Counted from the stretch's first letter, positions 48,157 through 62,169 are shown. The stretch is DNA of 64,000 bases from Acidobacteriota bacterium (GCA_002730525.1 PCAK01000010.1:43132-107131), one strand, 5' to 3'. Program-made: numbers and translations. Notes: generated by a model from the letters alone, not told the origin.

Positions 48157-49785
48157 GTGGCCTGTACCTTCACTGATCATCGTCCGCCGGTCGAGCTCTG
48201 GCCGGAGCGGGTCTACACGCTGCCCGAGTTCGAGTACGACGCCCGGATCAATCTGGCATCGACGCTGCTCGACGCACACGTGCAGGGTGGCCGCGGCGAC
48301 CGCGTGGCGGTGGTCCATGGCGATCGGCGGATCACTTACGCCCAGCTACAGCGGACCGTGAACCGGATCGGTAACGGCCTCCGCGCCCAGGGCGTGAAGC
48401 CGGGCGGCCGCGTGCTGCTTCGGATGCTCAATCGGCCCGAGTTCGTCGCGACATGGCTCGCGGTGCAGAAGATCGGCGGGGTCTGCGTGTCGACGATGCC
48501 GATGCTGCGGGCCCGGGAACTGGCCTACGTGATCCGCGACAGCGAGGCCTGTCTTGCCGTCGTGGCGGAAGAGTTGTCCAGCGAAATGGATCAGGCTGTG
48601 GAGGCATCGGCCACGCCGCCGATCGTCGTGACGGTCGCCGAGGACGAGACGCGGAGCGGGGCCGGCCTGACGCTCGATGCACTGATGATGACGGGGGCGG
48701 AGACCCTGGAGGCTCACCCCCTCGATCGCGACGACGTGGCGATCATCGCTTACACCTCCGGCAGCACCGGGCAGCCCAAGGGCGCGTGCCACGCCCCGAT
48801 CGACATCCTGGCGTCAGCCGACACCTACGCCCGGCAGGTGCTCGGCGCGTCGGCTGACGACGTCTTCGGCGGGCACCCGACTCTCGCGTTCACCTATGGA
48901 CTCGGCGCCGGGCTAGTCTTTCCGATGCGTGTCGGCGCGGCGACGGTGCTGCTCGATCGGTTCAGTCCGGAGGCCTTACTCGACGCGACCGCGCGGCACG
49001 GCGTGACCCTGCTCTGGTGCGGTGCGACGACCTACAAGATGCTGCTGCAGATCGACGATCTGGAACAGCGGTTCGATCTCAGCAAGCTTCGGCTGTGTGT
49101 CAGCGCGGGCGAGCCGTTGCCCAGGAGCGTCCATGACGAGTGGATACGGCGGACCGGCGTGGAGGTGCTCGACGGATTGGGGACCACGGAGATGTTCCAC
49201 ATCTTCGTCTCGGCCCGGCCGGGCGACGGGCGTTCGGGGTCGACCGGTCGCGCGGTGCCTGGCTACGAGGTGCGGATTGTTGACGAGCAGTTGCGGGAGG
49301 TTCCGCGTGGCACGCCGGGCCTGCTGGCGGTGAAGGGGCCGACTGGCTGCCGGTACTGGCGGAAGCCCGAGCACCAGCGCGATTACGTCCGCGACGGCTG
49401 GAACATCCCGAACGACATTTGCCTGCAGGACGAGGATGGCTTCATCTGGTACCAGTGCCGCAACGACGATCTGATCATCTCGGCCGGGTACAACATCGCG
49501 GGTCCCGAGGTCGAGGCCGTGCTGATCGAGCACCCCGCGGTGCTCGAGGCCGCGGTCGTGGCGGCGCCCGATGCGGTCAAGGGCCACGTGCCGAAAGCGT
49601 TCGTCGTCGTCAAGCCTTCCGCCACCCCGGGCCCGGATCTGGCGCACAACCTTCAGGAGCACGCGAAGCGGGAACTGGCCCCCTACAAGTACCCGCGCAA
49701 GGTGGAGTTCGTCGACGCGCTGCCCAAGACCGAGACCGGCAAGATCCGGCGGGTCGAACTGCGGAAGCGTGAAGCCGGCGGGTAG
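48157..49785 (+). CDS. Benzoate/2-aminobenzoate-CoA ligase family protein
   Basis: YTSGSTGQPKG, LAFTYGLG, DGLGTTEMFHIF, KGPTGCRY, LPKTETGK. Confidence 0.88.
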   Translation: MACTFTDHRPPVELWPERVYTLPEFEYDARINLASTLLDAHVQGGRGDRVAVVHGDRRITYAQLQRTVNRIGNGLRAQGVKPGGRVLLRMLNRPEFVATWLAVQKIGGVCVSTMPMLRARELAYVIRDSEACLAVVAEELSSEMDQAVEASATPPIVVTVAEDETRSGAGLTLDALMMTGAETLEAHPLDRDDVAIIAYTSGSTGQPKGACHAPIDILASADTYARQVLGASADDVFGGHPTLAFTYGLGAGLVFPMRVGAATVLLDRFSPEALLDATARHGVTLLWCGATTYKMLLQIDDLEQRFDLSKLRLCVSAGEPLPRSVHDEWIRRTGVEVLDGLGTTEMFHIFVSARPGDGRSGSTGRAVPGYEVRIVDEQLREVPRGTPGLLAVKGPTGCRYWRKPEHQRDYVRDGWNIPNDICLQDEDGFIWYQCRNDDLIISAGYNIAGPEVEAVLIEHPAVLEAAVVAAPDAVKGHVPKAFVVVKPSATPGPDLAHNLQEHAKRELAPYKYPRKVEFVDALPKTETGKIRRVELRKREAGG

Positions 49786-49892
49786 CGGAATTCCTCAGCC
49801 TCAGCGAGGGAATTCGCTCCGAACTCCGCGCGCTGCGAGCCTCGGCCCTGCTTCGAGCGACCTCGGACATCTCCTGAATCCGGGCAAAGCCT

Positions 49893-49908
49893 TGGCTCGC
49901 TGTTTGCA
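49893..49908 (+). promoter_or_regulatory. Sigma54 -24/-12 promoter
   Basis: TGGCTCGCTGTTTGCA, close to TGGCACG-N4-TTGCW, just upstream of the radical SAM gene. Confidence 0.65.
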
Positions 49909-49935
49909 CTTGCGGTATGGGCGAAGAGCCTCGTG

Positions 49936-51046
49936 ATGCGATCGGTCGACTTCAACCAAGCCCCGTTCCTGCTGATCTGGGAGGTCACGCGGGCCTGCGC
50001 ACTCGCCTGTCGCCACTGCCGGGCCGAGGCGATCGACTGGCGTCATCCGGATGAGCTGACGTTCGACGAGGGCGCCCGACTTCTGGATGACGTGGCCGAG
50101 ATGGGGACGCCGATCGTCATCCTGACCGGCGGTGACCCGCTCCAGCGCGACGATCTCGAGGATCTGATCCGGCACGGCCGCCAGAACGGGCTGCGGGTCG
50201 GGACGATTCCGGCCGCAACGCCCCGACTGACCCGTGACCGCGTCGCTCCGGGCCGCCGGGCTCGATCAGATGGCACTCAGTCTCGACGGGTGGGACGAAC
50301 CGAGCCACGACGGTTTCCGCCGGGTGGACGGTTCGTTCGCCCGAACGATGGCTGCCGCGGCCTGGGCGCGCGAACTCGGCCTGCCGCTGCAGATCGACAC
50401 CGTGTTCGGAGCGTGGAACGCCGGCCGGTTCCCGGAACTCGCGGCGTTGGTCGAATCGCTCGGCGTCGTCTTCTGGGAGGTGTTCTTCCTCGTGCCGACC
50501 GGGCGCGGGGCCGAACTCGACGGATGCACCGCCGAGCAGTGCGAGCGGCTTTTCGCCGACCTCTACGAGATGTCACGGCGCGCGCCGTTCATCATCAAGA
50601 TCACCGAGGCGCCCCACTATCGGCGGTTCGTGCAGCAGCAGGCCGGTCACTCTGACGCCCGGCCGCCGGCGATGCGCGACGTCCACCGACACGCCGCCGC
50701 GACGACGGACGCGGGCTTGCGCGTCACGCGTCAGGGCGTGAACTCGGGGAAGGGTTTCTGCTTCGTCGACCACGTGGGCGACATCTATCCAAGCGGGTTC
50801 CTGCCGATGCTGGCGGGCAATGTCCGGCGTGATGCGATCGCTGACACGTATCGCACCGCGCCGATCTTCGTCGCGTTGCGAGATCCGGATCGTCTGAAGG
50901 GGCGGTGCGGGGCGTGCGAGTATCGAGAGATCTGTGGCGGCTCACGCTCGAGAGCGTTCGCGTTGACCGGCGATCCGTTCGCAGAAGACGGCTCGTGTGG
51001 CTACGTTCCCGACACCGACGTCACGGCCTCCACCGTCAGCCACTGA
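49936..51046 (+). pseudogene. Radical SAM/SPASM protein (NirJ/AhbD-related), frameshifted near 50240
   Basis: CALACRHC and TGGDP in frame 1; SLDG...YPSGFLP...CGACEYREICGGSRSRA in the +1 frame. Confidence 0.8.
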
Positions 51047-51059
51047 CCGGCCCTCGGCG

Positions 51060-51809
51060 TCAGTCGTCGTACCGCACGGCGGGGCTGCCCGACGGGTGGA
51101 AGACCCCCATGAGACGGATCGGTGCGTCGTCGAAGTTCTTCACCGAGTGCTTCACCTGCCGGGGGAGGTAGATGCAACTGCCGGCCGCCACCGAGGCTTC
51201 CTTCCCGTCGGCCCACATGACGCCGCGCCCTTCGACGATGTAAATCGCTTCCTCGTAGGTGTGATAGTGCTCGGGGGCCTCGGACTTCGGGATGAAGCCG
51301 ATGAACTGCGTGACGCGCTGGCAGCCCAGATCCTTGTCCGCGAGGAGCTTGAACCAGCGATCGCCTGTCGGAATCGACTTCCGGTCGCGCTCGTGGACGA
51401 CGACGTCAGACCGATCGATCGACGCGTCAGGCGTCGTGCGCGGCGGCAGATCGAACTGTGAATCGGCGATCTGCGGGCAGCAGACGCTGACGACCTCGAG
51501 GTCGCCGCCCGACGTCTCGAAGCAGCACTCCGCACCCGGGCCGACGTAGATCGACGAGCCGACCTCGATGTCGTATCGGTGGCCGTCGATGTAGCAGGCG
51601 CCCGATCCCGCGGAGACGTAGTGGACCTCTTCGCTACTAGGGTTCACTTGACACGGTGAGAGTCCCTGGTCGAATTGGCTGACCGACTGCTCGATATCGC
51701 GCGCGGCGATCGCCGCGCCGACGGTGCGCCGCCGCCGGCGCGTGCCCTCCTGGCTGACGTGCCCCTCTTCCGGTTCGATCACCCGACATCCGCTTCCTAG
51801 CTCCGGCAT
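51060..51809 (-). CDS. Bicupin domain protein
   Basis: EEVHYVSAGSG and HYHTYEEAIYIVEG...KHS cupin motifs. Confidence 0.82.
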   Translation of the reverse strand: MPELGSGCRVIEPEEGHVSQEGTRRRRRTVGAAIAARDIEQSVSQFDQGLSPCQVNPSSEEVHYVSAGSGACYIDGHRYDIEVGSSIYVGPGAECCFETSGGDLEVVSVCCPQIADSQFDLPPRTTPDASIDRSDVVVHERDRKSIPTGDRWFKLLADKDLGCQRVTQFIGFIPKSEAPEHYHTYEEAIYIVEGRGVMWADGKEASVAAGSCIYLPRQVKHSVKNFDDAPIRLMGVFHPSGSPAVRYDD

Positions 51810-51870
51810 GGCTGATTCTCCTCACTCCTCTCTGGATTTGGGCCTGAACGAGATCAGGGCGCTCCCTCGG

Positions 51871-51903
51871 AGCGCCCATCGCGGGGCTGAAGCCCCGCGC
51901 CAC
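51871..51903 (-). repeat. REP-like element GTGG-CGCGGGGC-TTCA-GCCCCGCG
   Basis: Homologous to 41015-41048, with a compensatory stem change and a shared GGGCGCT tail. Confidence 0.75.
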
Positions 51904-51916
51904 CGATTATTGGCGG

Positions 51917-53086
51917 CTAGCCTCTTCCCAACACGGCCTGCCTCTGCAGCATCGCCGACTCGGCCTCCAGGGCGGCGATGACCGCGTCGAGGTCGGCCTG
52001 CGTGTTGTAACCATGGAACGACACGCGCAGACCGTCGTCGCGACAAGATGCGATGACGCCGCGCGCGCGGAGCTTCTCCACCAGCGCCGGCGCATCGGTC
52101 GAGCGCAGCACGACGAGCGGCCCGCGATGGGACCCATCGGCCGGCGTCGGCGTCACCACCCCGGCGTTCTCGGCCCATGCCAGCAGACCGGAGGTCAAGT
52201 CGGCCACGGTCTGCTCGACCGTGTCGAGACCCACGGCGCGGAGTAGATCGAGCCCGGCCTGGGCGCCATAGACGTTCGGAATCATCGGCGTGCCTGACTC
52301 GAACCGCCGGGCGGAAGGCGACCAATCGAGGTCGTCGATGCTGAACGCGAACGGGTTCACGCGGCCAAACCAGCCGGTCATCGTCGGCACGAGATGCTCG
52401 ATCAGCTCGCGCCGGACGTACAGGAAGGCCACGCCCGACGGCCCGAGCAGGTACTTCAATGCGCCCGTGACCATGAAGTCGACGCCGAGTGCGCGAACGT
52501 CCATCGGCCCGGTGCCGGTCCGCTGATAGTCGTCGAGGAAGAGGTAGACGCCGCGATCGCGGCAGAGCGCGGCGAGGCTGGCGATGTCGGTCTTGTGCCC
52601 GTTGCGGAAGCAGACGTGGGTCGCCGGGACTATGAGCGTGCGCTCGTCTATGACCGAGGCGTACGACTCGGGCGGCAGCATGCCGTCGACCGGGTCAACC
52701 CAGGCAATCTCGGCGCCGCGTTCGCATTGCGCGAGCCAGACCTGCGCCATCGTGGGAAATTCAAATCGGCCCATGACGACCCGTCGGCGCGCGCTCTCGA
52801 ACGTGAGGGCGCTGGCGATCGAGTTGATCCCGATGGACGCGCTCGGCAACACGGCGACCTCGTCGGCGTCGGCACCGATGAGCGACGCGAACGTGGCCCG
52901 CAGCCGTTCGACCTCGCCGATCCAGGCCTCCCAGGGCGACCCCTCGTCGTTCCACGAGTCCAGAAACGCCCGCATCGCGCCGTCGACATCGGTCGAGAGC
53001 GCACCCTGCGAACAGCTGTTCACGTAGGTGCGTCGTGCGAGCAACGGGAAGCGGGCGCGGAAGGCCGTTGGTGTCAGGGTGGCCAT
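51917..53086 (-). CDS. PLP-dependent aminotransferase class V (kynureninase/desulfurase-like)
   Basis: YVNSCSQG, FEFPT, LDDYQ, GALKYLLG, RRFESGT, RVSFHGYN. Confidence 0.85.
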   Translation of the reverse strand: MATLTPTAFRARFPLLARRTYVNSCSQGALSTDVDGAMRAFLDSWNDEGSPWEAWIGEVERLRATFASLIGADADEVAVLPSASIGINSIASALTFESARRRVVMGRFEFPTMAQVWLAQCERGAEIAWVDPVDGMLPPESYASVIDERTLIVPATHVCFRNGHKTDIASLAALCRDRGVYLFLDDYQRTGTGPMDVRALGVDFMVTGALKYLLGPSGVAFLYVRRELIEHLVPTMTGWFGRVNPFAFSIDDLDWSPSARRFESGTPMIPNVYGAQAGLDLLRAVGLDTVEQTVADLTSGLLAWAENAGVVTPTPADGSHRGPLVVLRSTDAPALVEKLRARGVIASCRDDGLRVSFHGYNTQADLDAVIAALEAESAMLQRQAVLGRG

Positions 53087-53091
53087 GCGGA

Positions 53092-55476
53092 TCAGTGTAC
53101 CGTCTCGGGGTCCGCGCCGGCGTCGGCTGGCGGCTCGACGGGCTCGGTCGGCTCTGGCCCGGGCTCCGAACTTGGCTCGAACGTGAATGCGAGCGCGTCG
53201 TCGCCCTCGGCCAATCCGATCCGGACGGTGCCGCCGTGCTCCAGCTTGCCGAAGAGGATCTCTTCGGTCAGCGGATCACGGACCTCGGTCTGGACGACGC
53301 GCGCCAGTGGACGCGCGCCGTAGATCGGGTCGTAGCCCTTCGCGGCGAGCCAGTGCCGGGCGGCGGGCTCCAGCGTGATCGCCACGCGGCGCTCGGCGAG
53401 CTGTGCCTCGAGCTGCAGGATGAACTTCTCGACGATGGTCTCCATGACGTCGGGAGTCAGCGCGCCGAACGTCACGATCGTGTCGAGCCGGTTGCGGAAC
53501 TCCGGGCTGAAGATCCGTTCGATCGCGGCTTTTATCCGGCCGCGCGCCGCCTTCGACCGTTCGCCGCTGAACCCGATCGCGCCCGCGCTCATCTCCCGCG
53601 AACCAGCGTTCGAGGTCATGATCAGCACCACCTGTCGAAAATCCGCCTTGCGGCCGCCGTTGTCGGTGAGGGTCGCGTGGTCCATGACCTGCAGGAGGAT
53701 GTTGAACAGGTCCTGGTGCGCTTTCTCGATCTCGTCGAGCAGGACGACGGCGTACGGATGACTCCGGACCGCGTCGACCAGGAGGCCACCCTGTTCGAAG
53801 CCGACGTAGCCAGGCGGCGCGCCGATCAGCCGGGCGACGGCATGCTTCTCCATGTACTCGCTCATGTCGTACCGCAGAAACTCGTTGCCCAGATGGGTCG
53901 CGAGCTGCTTCGCCAGTTCGGTCTTGCCGACGCCCGTTGGACCCGTGAACAGAAAGCACCCGGCAGGGCGGTCGGGCTGTCCGAGACCGGCCCGCGATCG
54001 CTTGATCGCCTTGGCGACCGCCCCGACGGCCTCATCCTGTCCGAAGACGACACGCTGCAGCGCTTCTTCGAGCGTGCGGAGCCGTTCCTTGTCCGACGCC
54101 GACGCCTGCGGTTCCGGGATCCGCGCCATGCGCGCGATCACGCGCGCGATCTCCTCGGGCGTGACGGTCAGCAACGGCGGCTCGGCGCCGCCAACATCGT
54201 CTACGTCCACGTCGGCCACGGTACGCTGGAGCTTGAGCATCGCGCCGGCCTCGTCGAGCACGTCAATGGCACTGTCCGGCAGCCGGCTGTCACGGAGATG
54301 CCGGCCGGCGAGCTTCACCGCGGCCGTCAACGCCGCTTCGGTGTAGTCGATGCCGTGGTGTTCCGCATAGCGCGGGCGCAGCCCTTGCAAGATCTTGACG
54401 GCTTCTTCCGGACTCGGCTCGTCGACGACGATCTTCTGCAGGCGGCGCGCCAATCCGCGATCCTTCTCGATCTGTTTGAATTCCTCGAAGGTGGTCGAAC
54501 CGATCACCCGGAGCTCCCCGGCCGCGAGCACCGGCTTGATCAGGGTCGCCAGATCCATGGTGCCGCCGGTGGTGGCGCCGGCGCCGACGGTGGCGTGCAC
54601 TTCATCGATGAACAGCACCGGTTTCGGGCGCCGTTCGAGCGCGGCCAGGACCGCCTTGAAGCGCTCCTCGAAGTCGCCGCGAAACCGGGTGCCGGCCAGT
54701 AGGGCGGTGGTATCCAGCGAATAGATCTCTGCGCCTCGCAGCGCGGCCGGGACGTCGTCGTCAAGGAGCCGCGCGGCCAGGCCTTCAGCCAGCGCAGTCT
54801 TGCCGACACCGGCGTCGCCGACGAAGACCGGGTTGTTCTTGCGGCGGCGGCACAGCACCTCCATGGTGCGTTGCAGTTCGGCCGCGCGGCCGATGAGCGG
54901 GTCGAGCTGGCCGGCCGCGGCGCGCTCCGACAGATTCACGGTGAACGCCGCCAGCGGATCCTGCGGAGCCGCCGGCGCCTCGTCCTCGGCACCGGCGCGA
55001 ACGGTTTCCTCCGGCGTCGGGTCGTCGCCGGTCGCGGCCGGCGGTACCTTCGAGATCCCGTGAGAGATGAAATTCAGCACGTCGAGGCGGGTCACTCCCT
55101 GTTTGAGGAGCAGTTCCGCCGCGAAGCACTTGGGCTGCTGAAGGATTGCGGCCAGCACATCGCCGGAACGCACCTCGTCCTTGCCGGCGCTCTGCACGTG
55201 CAGGACCGCCGCTTGCAACACGCGCCGGAACGCCAACGTCTGGTCAGGTTCCTGGTGGGCGTGCCGTGGGAACCGATCGATCGTGCGCTCCAGGTAGTCA
55301 TCGAGGTCGTGGCGCAGTCCCGGCAGGTCGGCACCGCAGGCGGCGAGGATCTTTTCGCCCTCCACGTCGTGGGCCAGCGCGTACAGGAGGTGCTCGAGCG
55401 TCAGATGGGTGTGGCGCCGAGAGGACGCCTCACGGTAGGCGATGCTCAGAATCAATTCGAGTGATGTGCTGAACAT
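53092..55476 (-). CDS. clpA: ATP-dependent Clp protease ATP-binding subunit ClpA
   Basis: Clp-[31 protein letters not shown]; downstream of clpS. Confidence 0.96.
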   Translation of the reverse strand: MFSTSLELILSIAYREASSRRHTHLTLEHLLYALAHDVEGEKILAACGADLPGLRHDLDDYLERTIDRFPRHAHQEPDQTLAFRRVLQAAVLHVQSAGKDEVRSGDVLAAILQQPKCFAAELLLKQGVTRLDVLNFISHGISKVPPAATGDDPTPEETVRAGAEDEAPAAPQDPLAAFTVNLSERAAAGQLDPLIGRAAELQRTMEVLCRRRKNNPVFVGDAGVGKTALAEGLAARLLDDDVPAALRGAEIYSLDTTALLAGTRFRGDFEERFKAVLAALERRPKPVLFIDEVHATVGAGATTGGTMDLATLIKPVLAAGELRVIGSTTFEEFKQIEKDRGLARRLQKIVVDEPSPEEAVKILQGLRPRYAEHHGIDYTEAALTAAVKLAGRHLRDSRLPDSAIDVLDEAGAMLKLQRTVADVDVDDVGGAEPPLLTVTPEEIARVIARMARIPEPQASASDKERLRTLEEALQRVVFGQDEAVGAVAKAIKRSRAGLGQPDRPAGCFLFTGPTGVGKTELAKQLATHLGNEFLRYDMSEYMEKHAVARLIGAPPGYVGFEQGGLLVDAVRSHPYAVVLLDEIEKAHQDLFNILLQVMDHATLTDNGGRKADFRQVVLIMTSNAGSREMSAGAIGFSGERSKAARGRIKAAIERIFSPEFRNRLDTIVTFGALTPDVMETIVEKFILQLEAQLAERRVAITLEPAARHWLAAKGYDPIYGARPLARVVQTEVRDPLTEEILFGKLEHGGTVRIGLAEGDDALAFTFEPSSEPGPEPTEPVEPPADAGADPETVH

Positions 55477-55489
55477 GATGCCGGACCCT

Positions 55490-55801
55490 TCAGTCGGCCT
55501 CGACGGACGTCTGCAGCGGAAATCCCTCACGGCGCGCCAGGTCGCGCACGGCGCCGGCTTTCGTCTCGGCGATGTCGTAGGAGTAGACACCGCAAAGTCC
55601 CTGGCCCTGCGTGTGCACCTGCATCATGATCCGATAGGCCTCGGCCGGCGACCTCTGGAAGATTGACTCCAGCACCGTCACGACGAACTCCATGGTGGTG
55701 TAGTCGTCGTTGTGCAGCAGCACGCGGTACCGGGTCGGCTCCTTCGAAACCGTCCGGACTCGCTCAATGGTCTGCCCCTCTGGGTGCTCGCCGCGTGGCA
55801 T
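55490..55801 (-). CDS. clpS: Clp protease adaptor ClpS
   Basis: YRVLLHNDDYTTMEFV, VHTQG, AETK, FPL. Confidence 0.96.
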   Translation of the reverse strand: MPRGEHPEGQTIERVRTVSKEPTRYRVLLHNDDYTTMEFVVTVLESIFQRSPAEAYRIMMQVHTQGQGLCGVYSYDIAETKAGAVRDLARREGFPLQTSVEAD

Positions 55802-55902
55802 CGACGGATCCTCACAGGTCCTTCGCCCAGACTATGGGAGCGATCAGGCGGCGTCAAGCAGCTCACGGTGCACAGATCGGCATCGAAACCACTTCTAGTA
55901 GA

Positions 55903-56874
55903 ATGACCCCGCCCGACCTGGGCACCATCGTTCGAGTCGACGACGGACCCATGCAGCGACTGACGCGTGACATCGGCTACATCGACCTGCGTTTCCAGAA
56001 CCAACCCGAGGTCATCGCGGCCGCCGTACTCCACGGGAGCTTCGGCGCCGCCATCGTCGACCCGGGACCGGCGTCGACGCTGCCGAGGCTGGGCGAGGAA
56101 CTGCGGCGGCACGGCATCGACGCACGAGACGTTCGGACGATCCTGCTGACACACATCCATTTCGATCATGCCGGCGCGACCGGCGCGCTGGTCGCTGAGA
56201 CGCCGGGGATCGAGGTGTACGTCCACGCCGCCGGCATGCGGCATATGGCCGACCCGTCCCGGCTCGTGGCCAGCGCGCGCCAGTTGTGGGGCGACGAACT
56301 GGAATCGCTCTGGGGCGAGTTCTTGCCCGTGCCAGAGGCGAACCTGCGCCAACTCGACGGCGGTGAGCGGATCCGGATCGGCGAGCGCGAGCTCGACGTG
56401 GCCTACACGCCCGGCCACGCGCGCCACCACGTCAGCTACTTCGACCGCGACAGCGGGATTGCCTTCGTCGGCGATGCCGCCGGAATCCGGGTCGGGTCTG
56501 TGCCCTACCTGCTGGCGCCAACCCCCCCACCCGATATCGATCTAGCTGCGTGGCGCGGCAGTATCGAGACGATCCAGCGCTGGTCTGCCGACACGCTGTT
56601 CGTCACGCACTTCGGTCCGCACGCTGACACGGTCGGTCACCTGGGGATGTTCGTCGAGCACCTCGACGAACTCGCGGAGATCGCCCGGCGGATCGTCGCA
56701 AGCGGCGCCGGGAAGGATGGCCTGGCGACGTTCGTCGCGGAGGTCGAGGCGCTGATGCGCCGGCGGTTGCCGGAATCCACGGCGCGCCACTACGAGGAGG
56801 CCGCGCCGCTCAAGCTGTGCTGGCTGGGTCTGGAGCGCTACTGGCAGAAGCAGGGCGTGGGCGGCGCCGCATGA
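55903..56874 (+). CDS. MBL-fold metallo-hydrolase
   Basis: THIHFDHAG, TPGHARHH, VGDAAG, THFG; start 55903 or 55951. Confidence 0.9.
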   Translation: MTPPDLGTIVRVDDGPMQRLTRDIGYIDLRFQNQPEVIAAAVLHGSFGAAIVDPGPASTLPRLGEELRRHGIDARDVRTILLTHIHFDHAGATGALVAETPGIEVYVHAAGMRHMADPSRLVASARQLWGDELESLWGEFLPVPEANLRQLDGGERIRIGERELDVAYTPGHARHHVSYFDRDSGIAFVGDAAGIRVGSVPYLLAPTPPPDIDLAAWRGSIETIQRWSADTLFVTHFGPHADTVGHLGMFVEHLDELAEIARRIVASGAGKDGLATFVAEVEALMRRRLPESTARHYEEAAPLKLCWLGLERYWQKQGVGGAA

Positions 56875-57448
56875 TCGCGTAGCCGGCCCCCGTCGTGGGC
56901 TCGTCGTGCCGGCTGACGGTCTCGAAGCCCAGTCGCTCGTAGAACGGCTCGCTTCGCGGGCTGAACGTCTCGAGATAGCCACTCCGCGCCGCGGCGTCCA
57001 GTTCGGCGAGCGTCGGGTCGAGCACCTGCCGCCCCAGCCCTCGCCCCTGGGCCTCCGGCGCCACGCCGACGATCGACAGATACCACGCATCGGCGGGCGC
57101 CTGTCCGCGTGCGCGATCGCTCATGAACGCGACGATCCGTCGATACGCGGCCAGCCCGGCTTCCCCCAGCGTCTCGCCCAGTGCCCGTTCCTTCGCCTGC
57201 CTCGCCCTTCGAGCGGCGTCGGGCGGCACCGGCAGGGCCCACGCGGCGGCCGCGCGACCGCCGGGGTCGACCACCAGCCGGCCGCTCGTCTCGGCTTCGT
57301 CCAGGGCAACCTCGAAGTAGCGCACGAGTGTGGATTCGAACGCCATGGTCCCCGGGCCGCGATCGGCGGCGATCGTCGCGTAGAAGGGATCGTCCCTGAG
57401 AGACAGATAGAGCGCGGTTGCGACGCGGTGATCAGCGGACACGATCAC
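56810..57448 (-). CDS. GNAT acetyltransferase
   Basis: WYLSIVGVAPEAQGRGLG, YLET, FYERLGF. Confidence 0.85.
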   Translation of the reverse strand: MIVSADHRVATALYLSLRDDPFYATIAADRGPGTMAFESTLVRYFEVALDEAETSGRLVVDPGGRAAAAWALPVPPDAARRARQAKERALGETLGEAGLAAYRRIVAFMSDRARGQAPADAWYLSIVGVAPEAQGRGLGRQVLDPTLAELDAAARSGYLETFSPRSEPFYERLGFETVSRHDEPTTGAGYAIMRRRPRPASASSAPDPASTA

Positions 57449-57484
57449 CAGGGGCCGCCACCCGGGCGATAGGTCGCCGCATCG

Positions 57485-57997
57485 TCACTCGTCACTCTCT
57501 AGAAACTTCTCGATCATCGTCTCGTCGATGTACCGGCCGTCGATCTTCGTATGGCGACGAGCCGTGCCGACCACGGAAAAGCCCTGGTCGAGGTAGGTCG
57601 CGAGGGCGCCCGGATTGTCCGCCCTGACGAACGTGAAGATCTTCTCGTAGCCGGCGGCCCGGGCTCGCGGCAGAGTCGTGTCGAACAGCCGTCGGCCGAT
57701 CCCCTGTCGACGCAGCCGGAGGTCGACAAACGTGCCCATCACGCCGACGTGGTCGCAGGCACGGGTGTACTGTGCGAAGGGTTCCAGGCTCTGGAATCCG
57801 ACGAGTGCCTGGTCTGCCGCACGGACGGCGACGTGGAAGATCCCCCGATCCGGGTACCCGTCGAGGAAGCGCTGCTCCTCGTCCAGGGTCAGCGGCGTGT
57901 CCATGACCGTGAAGGCCCGGGCCTCGATGATCGGATTCAACACGTCGATGATGCCCTGGGCGTCGTCGCGGGTCGCGGGCCGAACCTGCAGATCCAT
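57485..57997 (-). CDS. GNAT acetyltransferase (phosphinothricin acetyltransferase-like)
   Basis: VRPAT, RRQGIG, VRADN, YLDQGF. Confidence 0.85.
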   Translation of the reverse strand: MDLQVRPATRDDAQGIIDVLNPIIEARAFTVMDTPLTLDEEQRFLDGYPDRGIFHVAVRAADQALVGFQSLEPFAQYTRACDHVGVMGTFVDLRLRRQGIGRRLFDTTLPRARAAGYEKIFTFVRADNPGALATYLDQGFSVVGTARRHTKIDGRYIDETMIEKFLESDE

Positions 57998-58111
57998 GAC
58001 GGAGATGTCGAGCGCGTATGTGCGTGCGGACCTCAGGTTGCTCGGGGGCCAGACACCGCTAGACGTCAACGGGGAGTGCGGTGGTACCCACGGTGGCTCG
58101 CCCGCGGACGC

Positions 58112-59412
58112 TCAGTTGCCGAGCGGCACCGAGTTGCCGGCGATCCAGACTGATTCGATCTCCCGGGTATTGAGAATGTCGTCGAGCGGATCGGCCGTCA
58201 GGACGACGAAGTCGGCCCAGGTGCCCATGGCCAGCGTGCCGAGGTCGTCGGCGACCTCCATGCACGCCGCGGCATCGCCGGTCGCCGACTGAATCGCCTG
58301 AGCCGGGGTCAGACCAGCCTCGACCATCCGTTCCAGTTCGAGTTGCTCGAAATAGCCCTGGAACCGGCCGACCGGGCCGGTGTCGGTGCCGAACGCGAGG
58401 CGAACGCCGCCGTCGGCCAGCGCCTTGACGTTGCGCATCGCCACCTCGAGCGCGGCCTTGTAGCCCCGCGCGCTCGCGCTGTTCTGGACACGTGCCTGGC
58501 GCTCGGGATCTTCGAGCCCGGCGATCGCCTCGGCGTCGGCGTTCCGGAGGAAGAACGGATCGTCGAAGAAGTCGGGACGAGATTCGTAGACGAAGGTCGA
58601 CACCTCACGCAGGAGCGTCGGGCTCAAGCAGACGTTATGCTCGACCATCATGTCGATCAGTTCCTGGTCGACGTCGGTGTCGCGAACGCTGTGCGCGAGA
58701 AAGTCGACATCGGCTTCGACCAGCTTCTTGGCGTCGTCCAGGTAGAAGACGTGGGCGGCGACCCGGAGCCCGTGCTCGTGCGCCCGGGCGATGACGGCGC
58801 GCCACGCCTCCTCCGGCATCTTGGTGGTGGACCCGAGATTGTCGTCGACGCGGATCTTGACGATGTCGGCTCCCATTCCTGCGACGCCGTCGACGATGGT
58901 CTCGACCTCCTCGGCCGTCTCACCCACGACGACGGGTCCCGCGACGAACAGCCGAGCTCGATCGAGCGACAGGTCCTGCTCGTTGCGCAGATCGAAGCCG
59001 TCCTGGCCGTCGCCGCCAAGACTGAACACCGTGGTGATGCCGTATCGAGCGTACAGGTCGAGTTGGTGCAGCAGGTTCTCGCGCGTGTAGAGGTCCGGAT
59101 TCGACTCGAGCCCGCGGGTGGCGCCGACGTGGCCGTGGGCGTTGATCAGTCCCGGCATGATCGTGCGCCCCGTCAGGTCGATTTCTTCGGCGCCAACCGG
59201 CACCGATACCGACTCGGCGGCGCCGACGGCTTCGACCCGACCGTCGCGGACGACGAGTACGCCGGCGTCGATCGCGTTGCCGGTCCCGTCGATGATCCGC
59301 GCACCGGTGAAGGCGGTGAGGCCAGGCGTGAGTTCCACAACCGACTCCCCGCAGCCCGCCAGCGTCAGGGCGGCCAGCGTGCAGACGAGAACGTTACGTC
59401 GTGCGGGTGTCA

Positions 59413-59413
<1 letters not shown>
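58112..59413 (-). CDS. Amidohydrolase family lipoprotein
   Basis: Lipobox LAGC, MPGLINAHGH, AAH, LAHS, FGTD, ADFVVL..DPL. Confidence 0.88.

Positions 59414-62169
<2,756 letters not shown>

Noticed and set aside
49788-49815. Hairpin GAATTCCTC...GAGGGAATTC after the CoA ligase
   Set aside because: Imperfect stem without a U-tract; cannot be called a terminator with confidence.
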